In this document: piece after piece, positions 12,452 through 22,742 of the stretch
Layout of the letters: every line of letters begins with the position of its first letter
Numbering within the stretch: the stretch's first letter is position 1
Source: an uncultured Alphaproteobacteria bacterium
GTDB taxonomy: Bacteria > Pseudomonadota > Alphaproteobacteria > Rhodobacterales > Rhodobacteraceae
Length of the DNA: 64,000 nucleotides
Direction: 5' to 3'
Assembly: GCA_902599445.1 (NCBI GenBank)
Contig: CACKFK010000001.1
Coordinates: forward strand, 15,136-79,135
Program-made: the position numbers and the translations under genes
Notes under the pieces: model-generated
What the model was told of the DNA's origin: nothing
Databases searched by the model: none
The model's input: the letters and a program-made list of their open reading frames with translations, nothing else

Positions 12452-13246
12452 ATGGTTGAGTTAAGGCTACCCAAGAATTCAAGAATATCTTCCAATGGAA
12501 AAGAATGGGAAGCAACTAGTAAGTCGAAAATTACTAGGTCCTTTAAGATTTATCGTTATGATCCTGATACAAAACATAATCCTAGGATAGATACCTATCA
12601 TGTTGATACTGAGCAATGTGGACCAATGATTTTAGATGCTTTGATTTTTATCAAAGATAATATTGATCCGACATTGACTTTCAGAAGGTCATGCAGGGAG
12701 GGGATATGTGGTTCATGCGCAATGAATATTGATGGTGTGAATACATTGGCGTGTACTCAAGGTTTAGCTGAAGTAAAAGGTGAAGTTCGCATATACCCTC
12801 TTCCACATATGCCCGTCATCAAAGATTTGATCCCGGATCTAACAAATTTTTATGCGCAGCATGCTAGTATCATGCCTTGGCTGGAAACAAAAACAGTTAC
12901 CCCAGAAAAAGAATGGAAACAAACGATTAAAGATAGAAAGAAACTTGATGATTTGTACGAGTGCGTTATGTGTGCTTCATGTTCAACTTCCTGTCCCAGC
13001 TATTGGTGGAATAGCGAAAAATATCTTGGTCCGGCGGCATTACTACATGCCTACAGATGGTTAGTTGATAGTCGAGATGAGGCCCGAAATGAGAGGTTAG
13101 ATCAATTAGAAGATTCTTTCAAATTATATAGGTGCCACACGATCATGAATTGCGCTCGTGCATGTCCCAAAAATCTTAATCCTGCAAAGGCTATTGCAGA
13201 GATAAAGAAAATGATGGTGGAAAGAAGATCTAACAAAAAAGCTTAG
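12452..13246 (+). CDS. sdhB: Succinate dehydrogenase iron-sulfur subunit
   Basis: 264 aa with three Cys clusters ([35 protein letters not shown]). Confidence 0.97.
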   Translation: MVELRLPKNSRISSNGKEWEATSKSKITRSFKIYRYDPDTKHNPRIDTYHVDTEQCGPMILDALIFIKDNIDPTLTFRRSCREGICGSCAMNIDGVNTLACTQGLAEVKGEVRIYPLPHMPVIKDLIPDLTNFYAQHASIMPWLETKTVTPEKEWKQTIKDRKKLDDLYECVMCASCSTSCPSYWWNSEKYLGPAALLHAYRWLVDSRDEARNERLDQLEDSFKLYRCHTIMNCARACPKNLNPAKAIAEIKKMMVERRSNKKA

Positions 13247-13272
13247 AATGTCTAATCTAAATACAATAGAAA

Positions 13273-14055
13273 TTAGTAGGCTTTTCTACTAAAAATTATG
13301 GATGCAATCCATCCAAAGGACACAGCCAATAATATGGCAAGTAAACCGTATAACTTAGGTTTTTCATGCGCCAAATAGTGGATCCATTGCTCGATTCCAA
13401 CTTTCTCCACAAATATAATATCTTCCTGTGTAGCTAGTACTTCTTTAAATCTGATCAAATGAATTCTTACCAAATAATCTCCTTCTGTGAGGTCCGTTGG
13501 TAGGTCAATTTCAGTAGAAAAAAGAGTGTTTTCGAGAAAGGTAATTGGTTTAGTTTCATTCGTGTAAGTGGTTTTAGACTCTTTCGTTAGAGCTATATTC
13601 TTAACTACTGAATTATCAGCAATAATGTTCTCGGTTGCTTTTATTCGTTCAAAGATGCCTATTTTGTTATCTTTTTTTGTCTCCTGAGATAAAATGTTTT
13701 CTAGAGGTTTTGTCCCTGAAATTGAATAAAAACTAGGAATAACATTAAAGGAATAGATTTTTTTATTTATCCAAAAGCCATAAAGATTTTCTTTCTTAAA
13801 AAGATCGAGGGAAATGGGAGGTCCAATTACCTCAATCAAGATATCAAATGGCGGTTGATCTATGGAGGAATCCTGGCCGAACCCTCTTTTCACAGCACCA
13901 AAAATATGGAACTTACTTCCAGAAAAATTCACATTGATAGAAATAACTTTTTTACTGAGATCTGTTACCAAAGTAGGTGGAATAACTGTTCCCAATGCAG
14001 AAAAAAATCCAGTCTGACAGAAAAGCAACGATAGAATGATCAATAATCTTTTCAT
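13273..14055 (-). CDS. Alph_Pro_TM / TIGR02186-like membrane protein of unknown function
   Basis: Signal-like N-terminus MKRLLIILSLLFC and a single C-terminal TM helix. The ATG at 14055 avoids overlap with the upstream TauE gene; the track ORF extends to 14103. Pairing with a TauE/SafE gene is the arrangement I recall for this family, which is restricted to Alphaproteobacteria. Confidence 0.6.
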   Translation of the reverse strand: MKRLLIILSLLFCQTGFFSALGTVIPPTLVTDLSKKVISINVNFSGSKFHIFGAVKRGFGQDSSIDQPPFDILIEVIGPPISLDLFKKENLYGFWINKKIYSFNVIPSFYSISGTKPLENILSQETKKDNKIGIFERIKATENIIADNSVVKNIALTKESKTTYTNETKPITFLENTLFSTEIDLPTDLTEGDYLVRIHLIRFKEVLATQEDIIFVEKVGIEQWIHYLAHEKPKLYGLLAILLAVSFGWIASIIFSRKAY

Positions 14056-14059
14056 AACG

Positions 14060-14971
14060 TTAAATCCTGCGCAAAAGCGAATAAACTTCCTGTGGTGTGA
14101 CAAAAAGCTCTAACGTAATCTTAAAACACATTGCTAAAACTAATATTGCTAACAAAATTCTAAGTTGTTCCGCTTGTAATCTTAACCCAAGTCTAGTTCC
14201 AACCTGTGCTCCAACCACACCGCCAACCAGTAATAGGACTGCAAGAACAATATCCACGCTGAAATTTTTGCTAGCATGCAGGAACGTTGTGACACCAGTT
14301 ACAAAAATTATTTGAAAAAGTGAGGTTCCTACTACTACCTTTGTGGGCATTCCCAAAATATATATCATGGCCGGAACCATGATGAAACCACCCCCCACGC
14401 CCATAATAGAAGCCAGGATTCCTACTAAGAAGCCAATAACCAGGCCAGGTATAGAGCTAATATATAAATTGGATGCTCTAAATCTCATTTTCAGTGGCAG
14501 ACCTTGCACCCATGAGTGATGCCGTTTCTTAAGTTTCCTTCTTTTTTTTGCAACATTATTGAATGCCCTCAGACTTTCTATAAACATGAGGAAACCTATC
14601 GTACCAAGGAAGAATACATAACAAATCTTTATTATTAATTCCAGTTGGCCTAAGTCCTTCAAAATTCTAAAAATCTCTACACCAAATGCAGAACCGAGTA
14701 TACCGCCTAGGATAAGCAATAGACCCATTTTAACGTCAACATTTTTTCGCTTGAAATGAGCAATAGCTCCCGAAGTAGAAGCCCCTAATATTTGGTTTGC
14801 TTCACTAGCCACAGCGACTGCTGGAGGAATTCCAATAAAAAATAGAAGTGGCGTCATTAGGAACCCGCCCCCGACCCCAAACATACCGGACAAGACCCCA
14901 ACAATTCCACCAAGGCCAACGAGTAAAAATACGTTTACCGACATTTCAGCTATAGGTAAGTATATCTGCAT
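14060..14971 (-). CDS. TauE/SafE-family anion (sulfite) exporter-like permease
   Basis: 303 aa, polytopic, with Gly-rich repeated halves (GVGGGFLMTPLL and GVGGGFIMVPAM) typical of TauE/SafE. Confidence 0.8.
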   Translation of the reverse strand: MQIYLPIAEMSVNVFLLVGLGGIVGVLSGMFGVGGGFLMTPLLFFIGIPPAVAVASEANQILGASTSGAIAHFKRKNVDVKMGLLLILGGILGSAFGVEIFRILKDLGQLELIIKICYVFFLGTIGFLMFIESLRAFNNVAKKRRKLKKRHHSWVQGLPLKMRFRASNLYISSIPGLVIGFLVGILASIMGVGGGFIMVPAMIYILGMPTKVVVGTSLFQIIFVTGVTTFLHASKNFSVDIVLAVLLLVGGVVGAQVGTRLGLRLQAEQLRILLAILVLAMCFKITLELFVTPQEVYSLLRRI

Positions 14972-15039
14972 TACGCGCCCTTAACTAGCAGTCAAAAAGC
15001 CTGCCAACACGTTGTAAGTTAAGAACGGCTCTTACGCTT

Positions 15040-15840
15040 TTATTTGAATTTACGCAACAAAGATATCAACAATTTTTCAAGTTTTTTTTCACATGAATTA
15101 GCAATTAGCTTAGTTTGTTCATGGCTTATTGTTTCTTGACTAAGTCCTGATGCCATATTTGTTATGACAGAAATAGCAGCTACCTTTAGCCCAAAAAAAT
15201 TCCCTAAAATAACCTCAGGAACGGTAGACATTCCAACTGCATCTGCTCCCAATATCCTCAAGGCTTGAATTTCAGCGGGTGTTTCAAATGATGGTCCAGA
15301 AAACCAAGCATATACTCCCTGACTGACTTCAATATTGTTTTGTTTTGCTGCGAGCAAGAGTGCATCTATCATATTCGCGTTATAAGCTTTTGTGAGATTT
15401 AAGAATCTTTCTTCTGACTTTTCACCAATTAATGGATTTAAACCAGAGAAATTAATATGGTCTTTGATAACCATAAGAGATCCAGTAGGAATGTTTTGTT
15501 TTAAGGAACCAGCAGCATTGGTCAGGAAAAGATAGGAAGTACCAATTTTAGTTAGGAATTCAATCGGCCCGCGCATAGTATCTGGCTTGCCATTTTCATA
15601 AAAATGAGTTCGGCCACTCAAGACAGCAACCTTTGTTTCAAGAACTGACCCGATTATCAATTTGCCTTGATGACCAGTGACAGATGTTTCATTAAATCCT
15701 ACCAACTCGTCGTAGCTAAACTCCTTGACTTTTTCTAAGGGAAGGACACTCCCCAACCCAGATCCGAGCACAAGAGCTACTTTAATTGGCTTTTCTCCAA
15801 TCAGTTGCCTAACATCTTTCCAATCCATTTTTTTTCTCAT
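15040..15840 (-). CDS. Purine nucleoside phosphorylase (trimeric PNP family)
   Basis: 266 aa with LGSGLG and ADAVGMSTVPEV motifs. Its ATG overlaps the upstream permease stop (TAATG), which suggests translational coupling. Confidence 0.9.
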   Translation of the reverse strand: MRKKMDWKDVRQLIGEKPIKVALVLGSGLGSVLPLEKVKEFSYDELVGFNETSVTGHQGKLIIGSVLETKVAVLSGRTHFYENGKPDTMRGPIEFLTKIGTSYLFLTNAAGSLKQNIPTGSLMVIKDHINFSGLNPLIGEKSEERFLNLTKAYNANMIDALLLAAKQNNIEVSQGVYAWFSGPSFETPAEIQALRILGADAVGMSTVPEVILGNFFGLKVAAISVITNMASGLSQETISHEQTKLIANSCEKKLEKLLISLLRKFK

Positions 15841-17099
15841 TAATTCTCCTTAATGTAGGCTTTTCCTATTGCTTGAGGGGGGCGTGCACTACCAACAATA
15901 CCTGCCACAACTATGATGGTAACTATGTAGGGTGCCATTGCCAAGAATTCGCTAGGTATGGGGGTCCTGAGGATGGCCAACTTCTGTTGAAGAGAATCTG
16001 CAAATCCAAAAACTAATGCGGCGAGTAAAGCCCCAACAGGATGCCACCTCCCAAATATCATGGCTGCCAACCCTATAAACCCTCTACCTCCTGTCATTCC
16101 TTCATCAAACCGGCCGACACTACCGAGAGTAAACCATGCCCCCCCAAATCCAGCAATCATGCCTCCAATAATCACATTAATGAATCTTGTTTTTATAACA
16201 CTTATCCCAAGAGTTTCAGCAGCTTTTGGATGTTCGCCTACTGCTCTAGCCCGCAGACCGTAAGCTGTCTTAAACAAATAAAAAGTAGTTGAAAAGACTA
16301 TTAGGATAGCTAGGTAAACAAATATATTGTGCCTGAACAACATTGGTCCAATTATTGGTAAGTCAGCCAAGATTGGAATTTGAATAGATTTAAAGACAGC
16401 TGTATCATTTAAGTGGGGGTTTTTCTTAAGTAGGTGACTGGTAAAAAAACTGGTCAACCCAAGAACAAGAATATTGATAGCTACTCCAGCTATAATTTGA
16501 TCAACACGAAATGTTACGACCAAGAGTGCTAACATCAATCCGAAAATTCCGCCAACAGCTATAGCTATTAAAAGTCCTAATACACTGCCAAATATGGATC
16601 CAAAAAATGCCCCAGCAAATGCACCGGCTAACATCATTCCTTCAATTCCTATATTTATCACGGCGACTCTTTCGCACATGATTCCAGCCATAGCTGCTAA
16701 AGCTATTGGAACAGCCCTCACAACAGTTGCCTGCAGCATTCCGGTTAGAGAAAAAGATTTACCAGCAGTGGCCCAAACTAAAAAGGTTGCTATTGCCAGG
16801 AAAAAGCTTATAGCAAAAATTACTGAATATTCTTTTGGTGCTTTAACTATTAAACGTGCTCCAAAAAAGGCAATAGTCAATGAGGCTATTCCAATAAAAC
16901 TTTCTGCTGGGAGCACCAAATTTGGTAAAGCATAAGGATCTGATGGTCTCGAAAGACGAAATGTTGCTTCACCTTCCACCCCAAATCCAAAAAGCATAAA
17001 GACCAATATAGCAAGCAAAATGAGAAAAGAACCAGAAATCAGAGAACTTTGAGTTCTGGCTATATTCATTGTCTGTTTTGATAGAGCGAATTTTCTCAT
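15840..17099 (-). CDS. ABC transporter permease (BMP/nucleoside-type importer, second permease)
   Basis: 419-aa polytopic membrane protein in an operon with the BMP substrate-binding protein and a duplicated ATPase. Confidence 0.85.
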   Translation of the reverse strand: MRKFALSKQTMNIARTQSSLISGSFLILLAILVFMLFGFGVEGEATFRLSRPSDPYALPNLVLPAESFIGIASLTIAFFGARLIVKAPKEYSVIFAISFFLAIATFLVWATAGKSFSLTGMLQATVVRAVPIALAAMAGIMCERVAVINIGIEGMMLAGAFAGAFFGSIFGSVLGLLIAIAVGGIFGLMLALLVVTFRVDQIIAGVAINILVLGLTSFFTSHLLKKNPHLNDTAVFKSIQIPILADLPIIGPMLFRHNIFVYLAILIVFSTTFYLFKTAYGLRARAVGEHPKAAETLGISVIKTRFINVIIGGMIAGFGGAWFTLGSVGRFDEGMTGGRGFIGLAAMIFGRWHPVGALLAALVFGFADSLQQKLAILRTPIPSEFLAMAPYIVTIIVVAGIVGSARPPQAIGKAYIKEN

Positions 17100-17110
17100 T
17101 GCATCTCAAG

Positions 17111-18208
17111 CTATTTTTTTCCAAAAAACCAGGGGAAAATTGATTTTACTAAAATGGGTGCAGCAACAAAAATGATAATCAATGCCTGAATCACAGTAAT
17201 TAAATCAAGGCTGACTCCAGCAGACACTTGCATTTCTCTACCTCCGGCAACCAATGCACCAAACAATATGCCAGAAAAAAGTACTCCAATAGGGTGTGCT
17301 CGCCCAAGAAGCGCAACGGCAATGGCATCAAATCCAATACCTGCAGAAAAGCCACTTGTAGCACGACCTAAGACACCAGATATTTGAGAAGCTCCGGCCA
17401 GTCCTGCACAGAGGCCAGCAGCACTCATAGCCAAAACAATGGTTAACGATGAATTGACTCCAGCGTATTTTGCTGCATTCAGGTTGGTTCCGACCATTCG
17501 GAATTCGAAGCCAATAGTTGTATGAAAAATTATCCAGTAAACTAAGATTACTGCCAAGATAGCTAGTAAAAAACCGGCATGGATTCGAAGATTTGGATCA
17601 ATAAGAACGAGTAAACGTGGTAGTTCAGCTGTATCCAATACGGATTTTGATATAGGGTCATTTCTTCCTTCTTTCTGAATAAAAGGAAGGCGCAGAAAGA
17701 AATCGAGTAACCTAAATGCAATCAAGTTTAGCATGATGGTAGTTATAACTTCATGTGCTCCAGTAAATGCTTTAAGCCATCCGGATATAAAGGCATAACC
17801 AGCTCCAAATGCAGCCCCAACAGATAGCATCAATGTTAAATGTAACATTAGTGGTAATTCAACTGAGAACCCAATAATGACTGCAGCTAAACCACCAACA
17901 ATAATTTGACCCTCTGCTCCTATATTAAAAAGACCTGCTCTAAACCCTATAGCTATACCCAAGGCCGCAAAAATGAGTGGAGTGGCAGCAGTAAGGGTTT
18001 CTGATAACGCAGATACCGAACCAAATGAGCCAACAAATAAGGCAATCAATGCAGTTAATGCAGTCTGGTAACTTTCACCTGTTAGTAATAGTAGGAGTAA
18101 TCCAAGACTTATGGCCAAGGATATAGCTAAAATTGGTATGAAAAATATATCTTGGAAGGTTGTCCTATCAACTGAAAATGCTTGTTTAATTTTGATGGAG
18201 TTTTTCAT
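17111..18208 (-). CDS. ABC transporter permease (BMP/nucleoside-type importer, first permease)
   Basis: 365-aa polytopic membrane protein. Its start overlaps the ATPase stop (TAATG). Confidence 0.85.
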   Translation of the reverse strand: MKNSIKIKQAFSVDRTTFQDIFFIPILAISLAISLGLLLLLLTGESYQTALTALIALFVGSFGSVSALSETLTAATPLIFAALGIAIGFRAGLFNIGAEGQIIVGGLAAVIIGFSVELPLMLHLTLMLSVGAAFGAGYAFISGWLKAFTGAHEVITTIMLNLIAFRLLDFFLRLPFIQKEGRNDPISKSVLDTAELPRLLVLIDPNLRIHAGFLLAILAVILVYWIIFHTTIGFEFRMVGTNLNAAKYAGVNSSLTIVLAMSAAGLCAGLAGASQISGVLGRATSGFSAGIGFDAIAVALLGRAHPIGVLFSGILFGALVAGGREMQVSAGVSLDLITVIQALIIIFVAAPILVKSIFPWFFGKK

Positions 18209-19710
18209 TAGTTTACTACTCCAGCCATAGCCATTCCAATAATCTGAGGATCTGTATTAGAAGAAAGTTCTGCAACAATTTTACCCTCAAAAAAAACGAT
18301 AATTCGATCTGACAAAGCTATAATTTCTTCTAATTCTGTAGAGTTCAATAAAATACCAATACCTGCATTTCTAGCAGAAATGATTTGGCTGTGTATATAT
18401 TCGATTGAACCCACGTCTACCCCCCTTGTTGGTTGGGATGCAATCAACAAATTGATCTTACGAGACATTTCTCTCCCGATAACTAGCTTTTGCTGATTAC
18501 CTCCTGAAAGGTTATTGGCAGGAATAGTCTCTGAGCTTGCTCGGACATCAAATTGTTTCATTACCCTCGCTGCTTCACTTTTTGCACTATTCCAATTAAG
18601 GGAGATATTATTTGAAAAAGCATCTTCATAGTAAGTATTCAAAACTACGTTCTCTATTATAGAGAATTCATTAATTAAGCCTTGCTTTTGACGATCTTCG
18701 GGTATGTGCTTAATTCCCATTTTATGAATTTTCCTAGGCGACAAATTTGTATACCTCTTATCGAAGTAAGATATTTCTCCTGAGGATATTTTTCTCAGAC
18801 CTGTCAAAGCTTCTATGAATTCTGTTTGACCATTGCCTTGTACTCCGGCAATACCAAGTATTTCGTTCTCATGTAATTTTAGATTTATATTTGAAAGGCC
18901 CATTTCTTTTTTATTAGACATTACTTGCAAATTTTTTGTTTCAAGTAATACTTTACCTCGATTTATTTTAGGTCGCTTTGTCTTCAAATTAACTGATCTT
19001 CCTACCATTAGCTCTGCAAGTTCCGAGTTGGAGGTTTTCTTTGGATTCGCCTCACCAACCATTTCTCCTCTGCGTAGGACATTTATTCGATCACAAATTT
19101 GGATTACTTCATGCAATTTATGAGTTATAAATATTATAGCCTTGCCTGATTTTTTGAGATTACTCACTATCCTGAAAAAATCTAAAACTTCTTGCGGTGT
19201 TAATACTGCTGTGGGTTCATCAAAAATTAAAAGTTCTGCCTCTCTAAATAATATCTTGATGATTTCCACCCTTTGCTGAACGCCCACAGGTAGTCTTTCT
19301 ACCAACTCATCTGGGTCAACATCCAAGTTATATTTAGAACTAATCTTTAGAACTTCTTCTCTAGCTTCTTTTTTATTGATTCTATTTACGTTTGTAATCG
19401 GTTCGTTTCCTAGAATTACATTTTCGGAAACTGAAAACACAGGTACCAACATAAAGTGCTGATGAACCATGCCGATCCCATTCTTAATGGCATCCCGTGG
19501 ATTATAGAATTTTCTTTCTTGATCTCTAATCAAGATTTGACCTGAGTCTGGTTGATATAAACCAGTTAAGATATTCATCAGAGTAGTTTTGCCTGCCCCG
19601 TTTTCACCCAGAAGTCCCAGCACCTCACCGCTGGAAACTGATAAATTTATCTTAGTATTTGCAGCAACCGGGCCGAAACTTTTACTTATTTCTTTTAATT
19701 CTATTTTCAA
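18208..19710 (-). CDS. ABC transporter ATP-binding protein, tandem ATPase domains
   Basis: 500 aa with two Walker A-like sites (GENGAGKTT and GVQGNGQTE), signature LSGGNQQK and Walker B LLIFDEPT. Confidence 0.92.
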   Translation of the reverse strand: MKIELKEISKSFGPVAANTKINLSVSSGEVLGLLGENGAGKTTLMNILTGLYQPDSGQILIRDQERKFYNPRDAIKNGIGMVHQHFMLVPVFSVSENVILGNEPITNVNRINKKEAREEVLKISSKYNLDVDPDELVERLPVGVQQRVEIIKILFREAELLIFDEPTAVLTPQEVLDFFRIVSNLKKSGKAIIFITHKLHEVIQICDRINVLRRGEMVGEANPKKTSNSELAELMVGRSVNLKTKRPKINRGKVLLETKNLQVMSNKKEMGLSNINLKLHENEILGIAGVQGNGQTEFIEALTGLRKISSGEISYFDKRYTNLSPRKIHKMGIKHIPEDRQKQGLINEFSIIENVVLNTYYEDAFSNNISLNWNSAKSEAARVMKQFDVRASSETIPANNLSGGNQQKLVIGREMSRKINLLIASQPTRGVDVGSIEYIHSQIISARNAGIGILLNSTELEEIIALSDRIIVFFEGKIVAELSSNTDPQIIGMAMAGVVN

Positions 19711-19742
19711 AGTTTTGTTTCGCCCCGGATGAATCCTGTATA

Positions 19743-20774
19743 TCAGTTCATTTTAATTGAACCTGAAATTATCCCCTTGCGAAGAGCCTCAACTTCTGAA
19801 GCTAAATCGCTAGATACGGAGCTGGATAGTTCGTGATAAGGAGCTATCCCAACGCCACCATTTTCTAAAGTACCAACTGTAAGGCCACCAGAAAAATTAC
19901 CTGACTTTGCCATCTCTATAACACTTAACGTAGTTGCATCCATATTCTTCATTACAGAAGTAAGGTAAACGCCTTTCCTTGCTGGATCCGTGACTGTCCA
20001 ATCACCATCTACTCCGATGATTTTTAGTTTATCACTTCCTAGCTCATCTGCTAGGGAAGCTGAGCCTAAACCTACTGGCCCTGCCACAGGCATAACTATG
20101 TCCGCGCCTTCATCATAAAGATTTTGAGCGAAAGCTCTTCCATCATCTAAGGAATCAAAGTTGTTAGTAAATAAGCCCTCTTTGGCTGCGGGATCCCAAC
20201 CGAGAACCTGTACATTTTTTCCTTTAACTTTATTGTAGTGTGAAACCCCCCATGCAAAACCATCCATGAACCCGGTCACTGGAGGAATATTGATACCCCC
20301 GAAAGTGCCTACTATACCGGTTTTGCTTACGCCTGCAGATACATACCCTGCTAAGAATGCAGCCTGATCAGTTGCAAAAACCTGTCCCAAAACATTAGGA
20401 ATAGTTGGGTTATAAGCAAAATCAATAATTGTAAACATAGAATCAGGATTTGCTTCGGCTGCTTTTTGAGTGGCTTCTCCCATCAAAAATCCAACAGCAA
20501 CTATGATATCACAGCCCGCTCCCACCATAGAATTCAGGTGCGGTTCATAGTCTGTGCCATCTTTTGACTCCAATATTTTTGAGTCAATACCGTGTTTGGC
20601 CACGGCATCTTGTACACCTTTCCATGCAGTTTCATTGAAACTTTTATCATCAACTCCACCAAGGTCAGTTACTTGGCAAGCAGTAAATGCATTAGCAGAA
20701 TTCACTGTTGCTAAAAGTAAGCCAGCAAATGCCCCACTTGCTAGCTTTAAAATTGTATTTAATTTCATATTCAT
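19743..20774 (-). CDS. BMP-family (PnrA/Med-like) substrate-binding lipoprotein, probable nucleoside binding
   Basis: 343 aa. A signal peptide ends in a lipobox-like AFTAC, followed by DLGGVDDKSFNETAWKG, typical of Bmp proteins. It is the first gene of the transporter-PNP operon. Confidence 0.85.
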   Translation of the reverse strand: MNMKLNTILKLASGAFAGLLLATVNSANAFTACQVTDLGGVDDKSFNETAWKGVQDAVAKHGIDSKILESKDGTDYEPHLNSMVGAGCDIIVAVGFLMGEATQKAAEANPDSMFTIIDFAYNPTIPNVLGQVFATDQAAFLAGYVSAGVSKTGIVGTFGGINIPPVTGFMDGFAWGVSHYNKVKGKNVQVLGWDPAAKEGLFTNNFDSLDDGRAFAQNLYDEGADIVMPVAGPVGLGSASLADELGSDKLKIIGVDGDWTVTDPARKGVYLTSVMKNMDATTLSVIEMAKSGNFSGGLTVGTLENGGVGIAPYHELSSSVSSDLASEVEALRKGIISGSIKMN

Positions 20775-21000
20775 TCCTCACATATCTTTTGCTTAAGAGG
20801 TGAGTATGAAACTTTTGTTGGATAGGTGCAATACCCACAGTGGCAAATTCATTTATTTTTGGATGTGTGTTAGTTATTAGATTTTTACAATACCATTACA
20901 AATTTATAGTCTAGGATGGTAGTAAATGGCCAGAATGTTTATTCTCAAACTTTAGATCTCAAAATACTGTAAGCTTTATTTAGAGATAATAGGTCATCAG

Positions 21001-21447
21001 TTATTCGACTAAGGTTTTTTTCATAATTATTGCATCAGCTTTTTTACCATTGGAGATTTGATAATAATCTTTTCTAATGCCACATTTATTAAATCCTGCT
21101 TTAGAATAAAGTCTGATCCCAGCTACATTATCAGACGCAACTTCTAAGAATATTGTCTTGCAACTAGTCTTTTCTATAAGTTGAATTGTTTTTATCAATA
21201 TTGAATATCCAATGCCTTTTTGTTGAAATTCAGGTTTGATAGCCATGGTAATTATTTCGGCTTCCCCATTCGATAACCTAGCCAAACAAAACCCTTTTTG
21301 TTCCTGCTCAATGAATTTTACATTAGGATTTTCGATTAAAGATAATATGAAAGAAGAGGAAAATTTTATACCAGGATTGCCAAAGCAAGTTTTGTGGATA
21401 GCTGCGAAGCTTTTGGCTAATGCCACGATATTTTTTTCTTTAGGCAT
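21001..21447 (-). CDS. rimI: Ribosomal-protein-alanine N-acetyltransferase (GNAT)
   Basis: 148-aa GNAT fold (QQKGIGYSIL, LEVASDNVAGIRLYSKAGF). It overlaps tsaB by 8 nt, the conserved tsaB-rimI pairing. Confidence 0.8.
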   Translation of the reverse strand: MPKEKNIVALAKSFAAIHKTCFGNPGIKFSSSFILSLIENPNVKFIEQEQKGFCLARLSNGEAEIITMAIKPEFQQKGIGYSILIKTIQLIEKTSCKTIFLEVASDNVAGIRLYSKAGFNKCGIRKDYYQISNGKKADAIIMKKTLVE

Positions 21448-22120
21448 CAGAACCTAGGATAGGTGGGTTAGGTTCTTTTGGTAATTTAGCATCGGGACCT
21501 TTCATATAAAGTGGTTTAGGAGCAGGACCACCGGTTTTTAAATATTTTAATGCTAAGGAACCAATTTTCTCCGTTCTTGGGTTGCTATCATTCTCACCAG
21601 GTTTTAAGCTCAGGGTTTTTGAAAAATGCATTGCACAATCACCGGATATGATTGTGTTTGGGGGATATTTTTCTTTGAGTATTTGGCTTGAGGTTTTTTC
21701 AACGGGTGGTTGTATGGGTTTTTGCTTTATGAAGAGCTGAGTAAAAAATGAATCACTCTGGCTTTTTATTAATGTAAGAGTTGGTTGATCACTCTCAATC
21801 AAAGTTTCAAATCTATTAACTCCAAAGACTTTTATTTTGAGAGCCATAGCTAAACCTTTAGCTGCAGAAATGCCAATACGAAGCCCAGTGAAATTTCCTG
21901 GGCCAACACCTACCCCAATGGCCTTTAGGCTTTTTAAGGGTAGGTTAGACTCCTCAAGCGTTTGTTCAATAAAAGGTAGTAGCGTCTCGGACTGACCCCT
22001 TTGCATAAAGCTAGATTTCTCAACAATAAGGCAATCATTGCGCAAAAGTGATACAGAGCAGTGATTTACGGAGGTATCAAGTGCAAGAATGATGTTGCTA
22101 GCCAAATTTTCTTTAGCCAT
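21440..22120 (-). CDS. tsaB: tRNA threonylcarbamoyladenosine biosynthesis protein TsaB (YeaZ)
   Basis: 226 aa with the ILALDTSVNHCSVSL N-terminus and GPGNFTGLRIG motif. Confidence 0.85.
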   Translation of the reverse strand: MAKENLASNIILALDTSVNHCSVSLLRNDCLIVEKSSFMQRGQSETLLPFIEQTLEESNLPLKSLKAIGVGVGPGNFTGLRIGISAAKGLAMALKIKVFGVNRFETLIESDQPTLTLIKSQSDSFFTQLFIKQKPIQPPVEKTSSQILKEKYPPNTIISGDCAMHFSKTLSLKPGENDSNPRTEKIGSLALKYLKTGGPAPKPLYMKGPDAKLPKEPNPPILGSDA

Positions 22121-22122
22121 GA

Positions 22123-22683
22123 TTAGGCAGCTATAGGTCTGACTTCCTGTACCTCTGGGATAAAATGCTTAAGCAAATTTTCAATACCCATTTTTAGTGT
22201 CATGGTTGAGGAAGGGCAACCAGCGCAGGCTCCTTGCATGTGAAGGTAGACTATACCCTCTTCATAACCGTGGAATGTAATATCACCACCATCCTGGGCA
22301 ACCGCAGGCCTAACTCTTGTGTCAAGTAATTCCTTAATTTGCTGAACAACTTTACTGTCAGGACCATCGTGTTCTGCATGGCCAGAGTTTTTATTTTCCT
22401 CTAGTAATATAGGTTCTCCTGATTGAAAGTGTTCCATTATGACACCCAGAATGGCAGGTTTAACATGATCCCAATCTATCACCTCATCCTTAGTAACGGT
22501 TATGAAGTCAGAGCCAAAAAACACCCCTGATACACCTTCAATCCCAAAAATTCTCCTTGCTAAAGGGGATTTCTCTGAACTCTCAATTGAAGGAAAATCA
22601 GCAGTCCCAGTCTGAAGCACTGTATTACCGGGAAGAAATTTAAGCGTTGCCGGATTTGGTGTGGATTCTGTCTGAATAAACAT
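22123..22683 (-). CDS. NifU-family Fe-S cluster scaffold/carrier (Nfu_N + NifU C-terminal domains)
   Basis: 186 aa with MFIQTESTPNPATLKFLPG (Nfu N-terminal domain) and the C-terminal CAGCPSS motif. Confidence 0.88.
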   Translation of the reverse strand: MFIQTESTPNPATLKFLPGNTVLQTGTADFPSIESSEKSPLARRIFGIEGVSGVFFGSDFITVTKDEVIDWDHVKPAILGVIMEHFQSGEPILLEENKNSGHAEHDGPDSKVVQQIKELLDTRVRPAVAQDGGDITFHGYEEGIVYLHMQGACAGCPSSTMTLKMGIENLLKHFIPEVQEVRPIAA

Positions 22684-22742
22684 GATGAAAAACTCCTATT
22701 CAGCATTATCATGCATTAGTTTTGTAATCAAATCAACTAAAA

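Noticed and set aside
20775-21000. A possible purine or nucleoside riboswitch, or a tRNA, in the 226-nt leader upstream of the BMP nucleoside transporter operon.
   Set aside because: Read on the minus strand, I could not find the purine-riboswitch three-way junction core or any tRNA T-loop or acceptor signature. There is only a weak TACCAT...ATGGTA hairpin.
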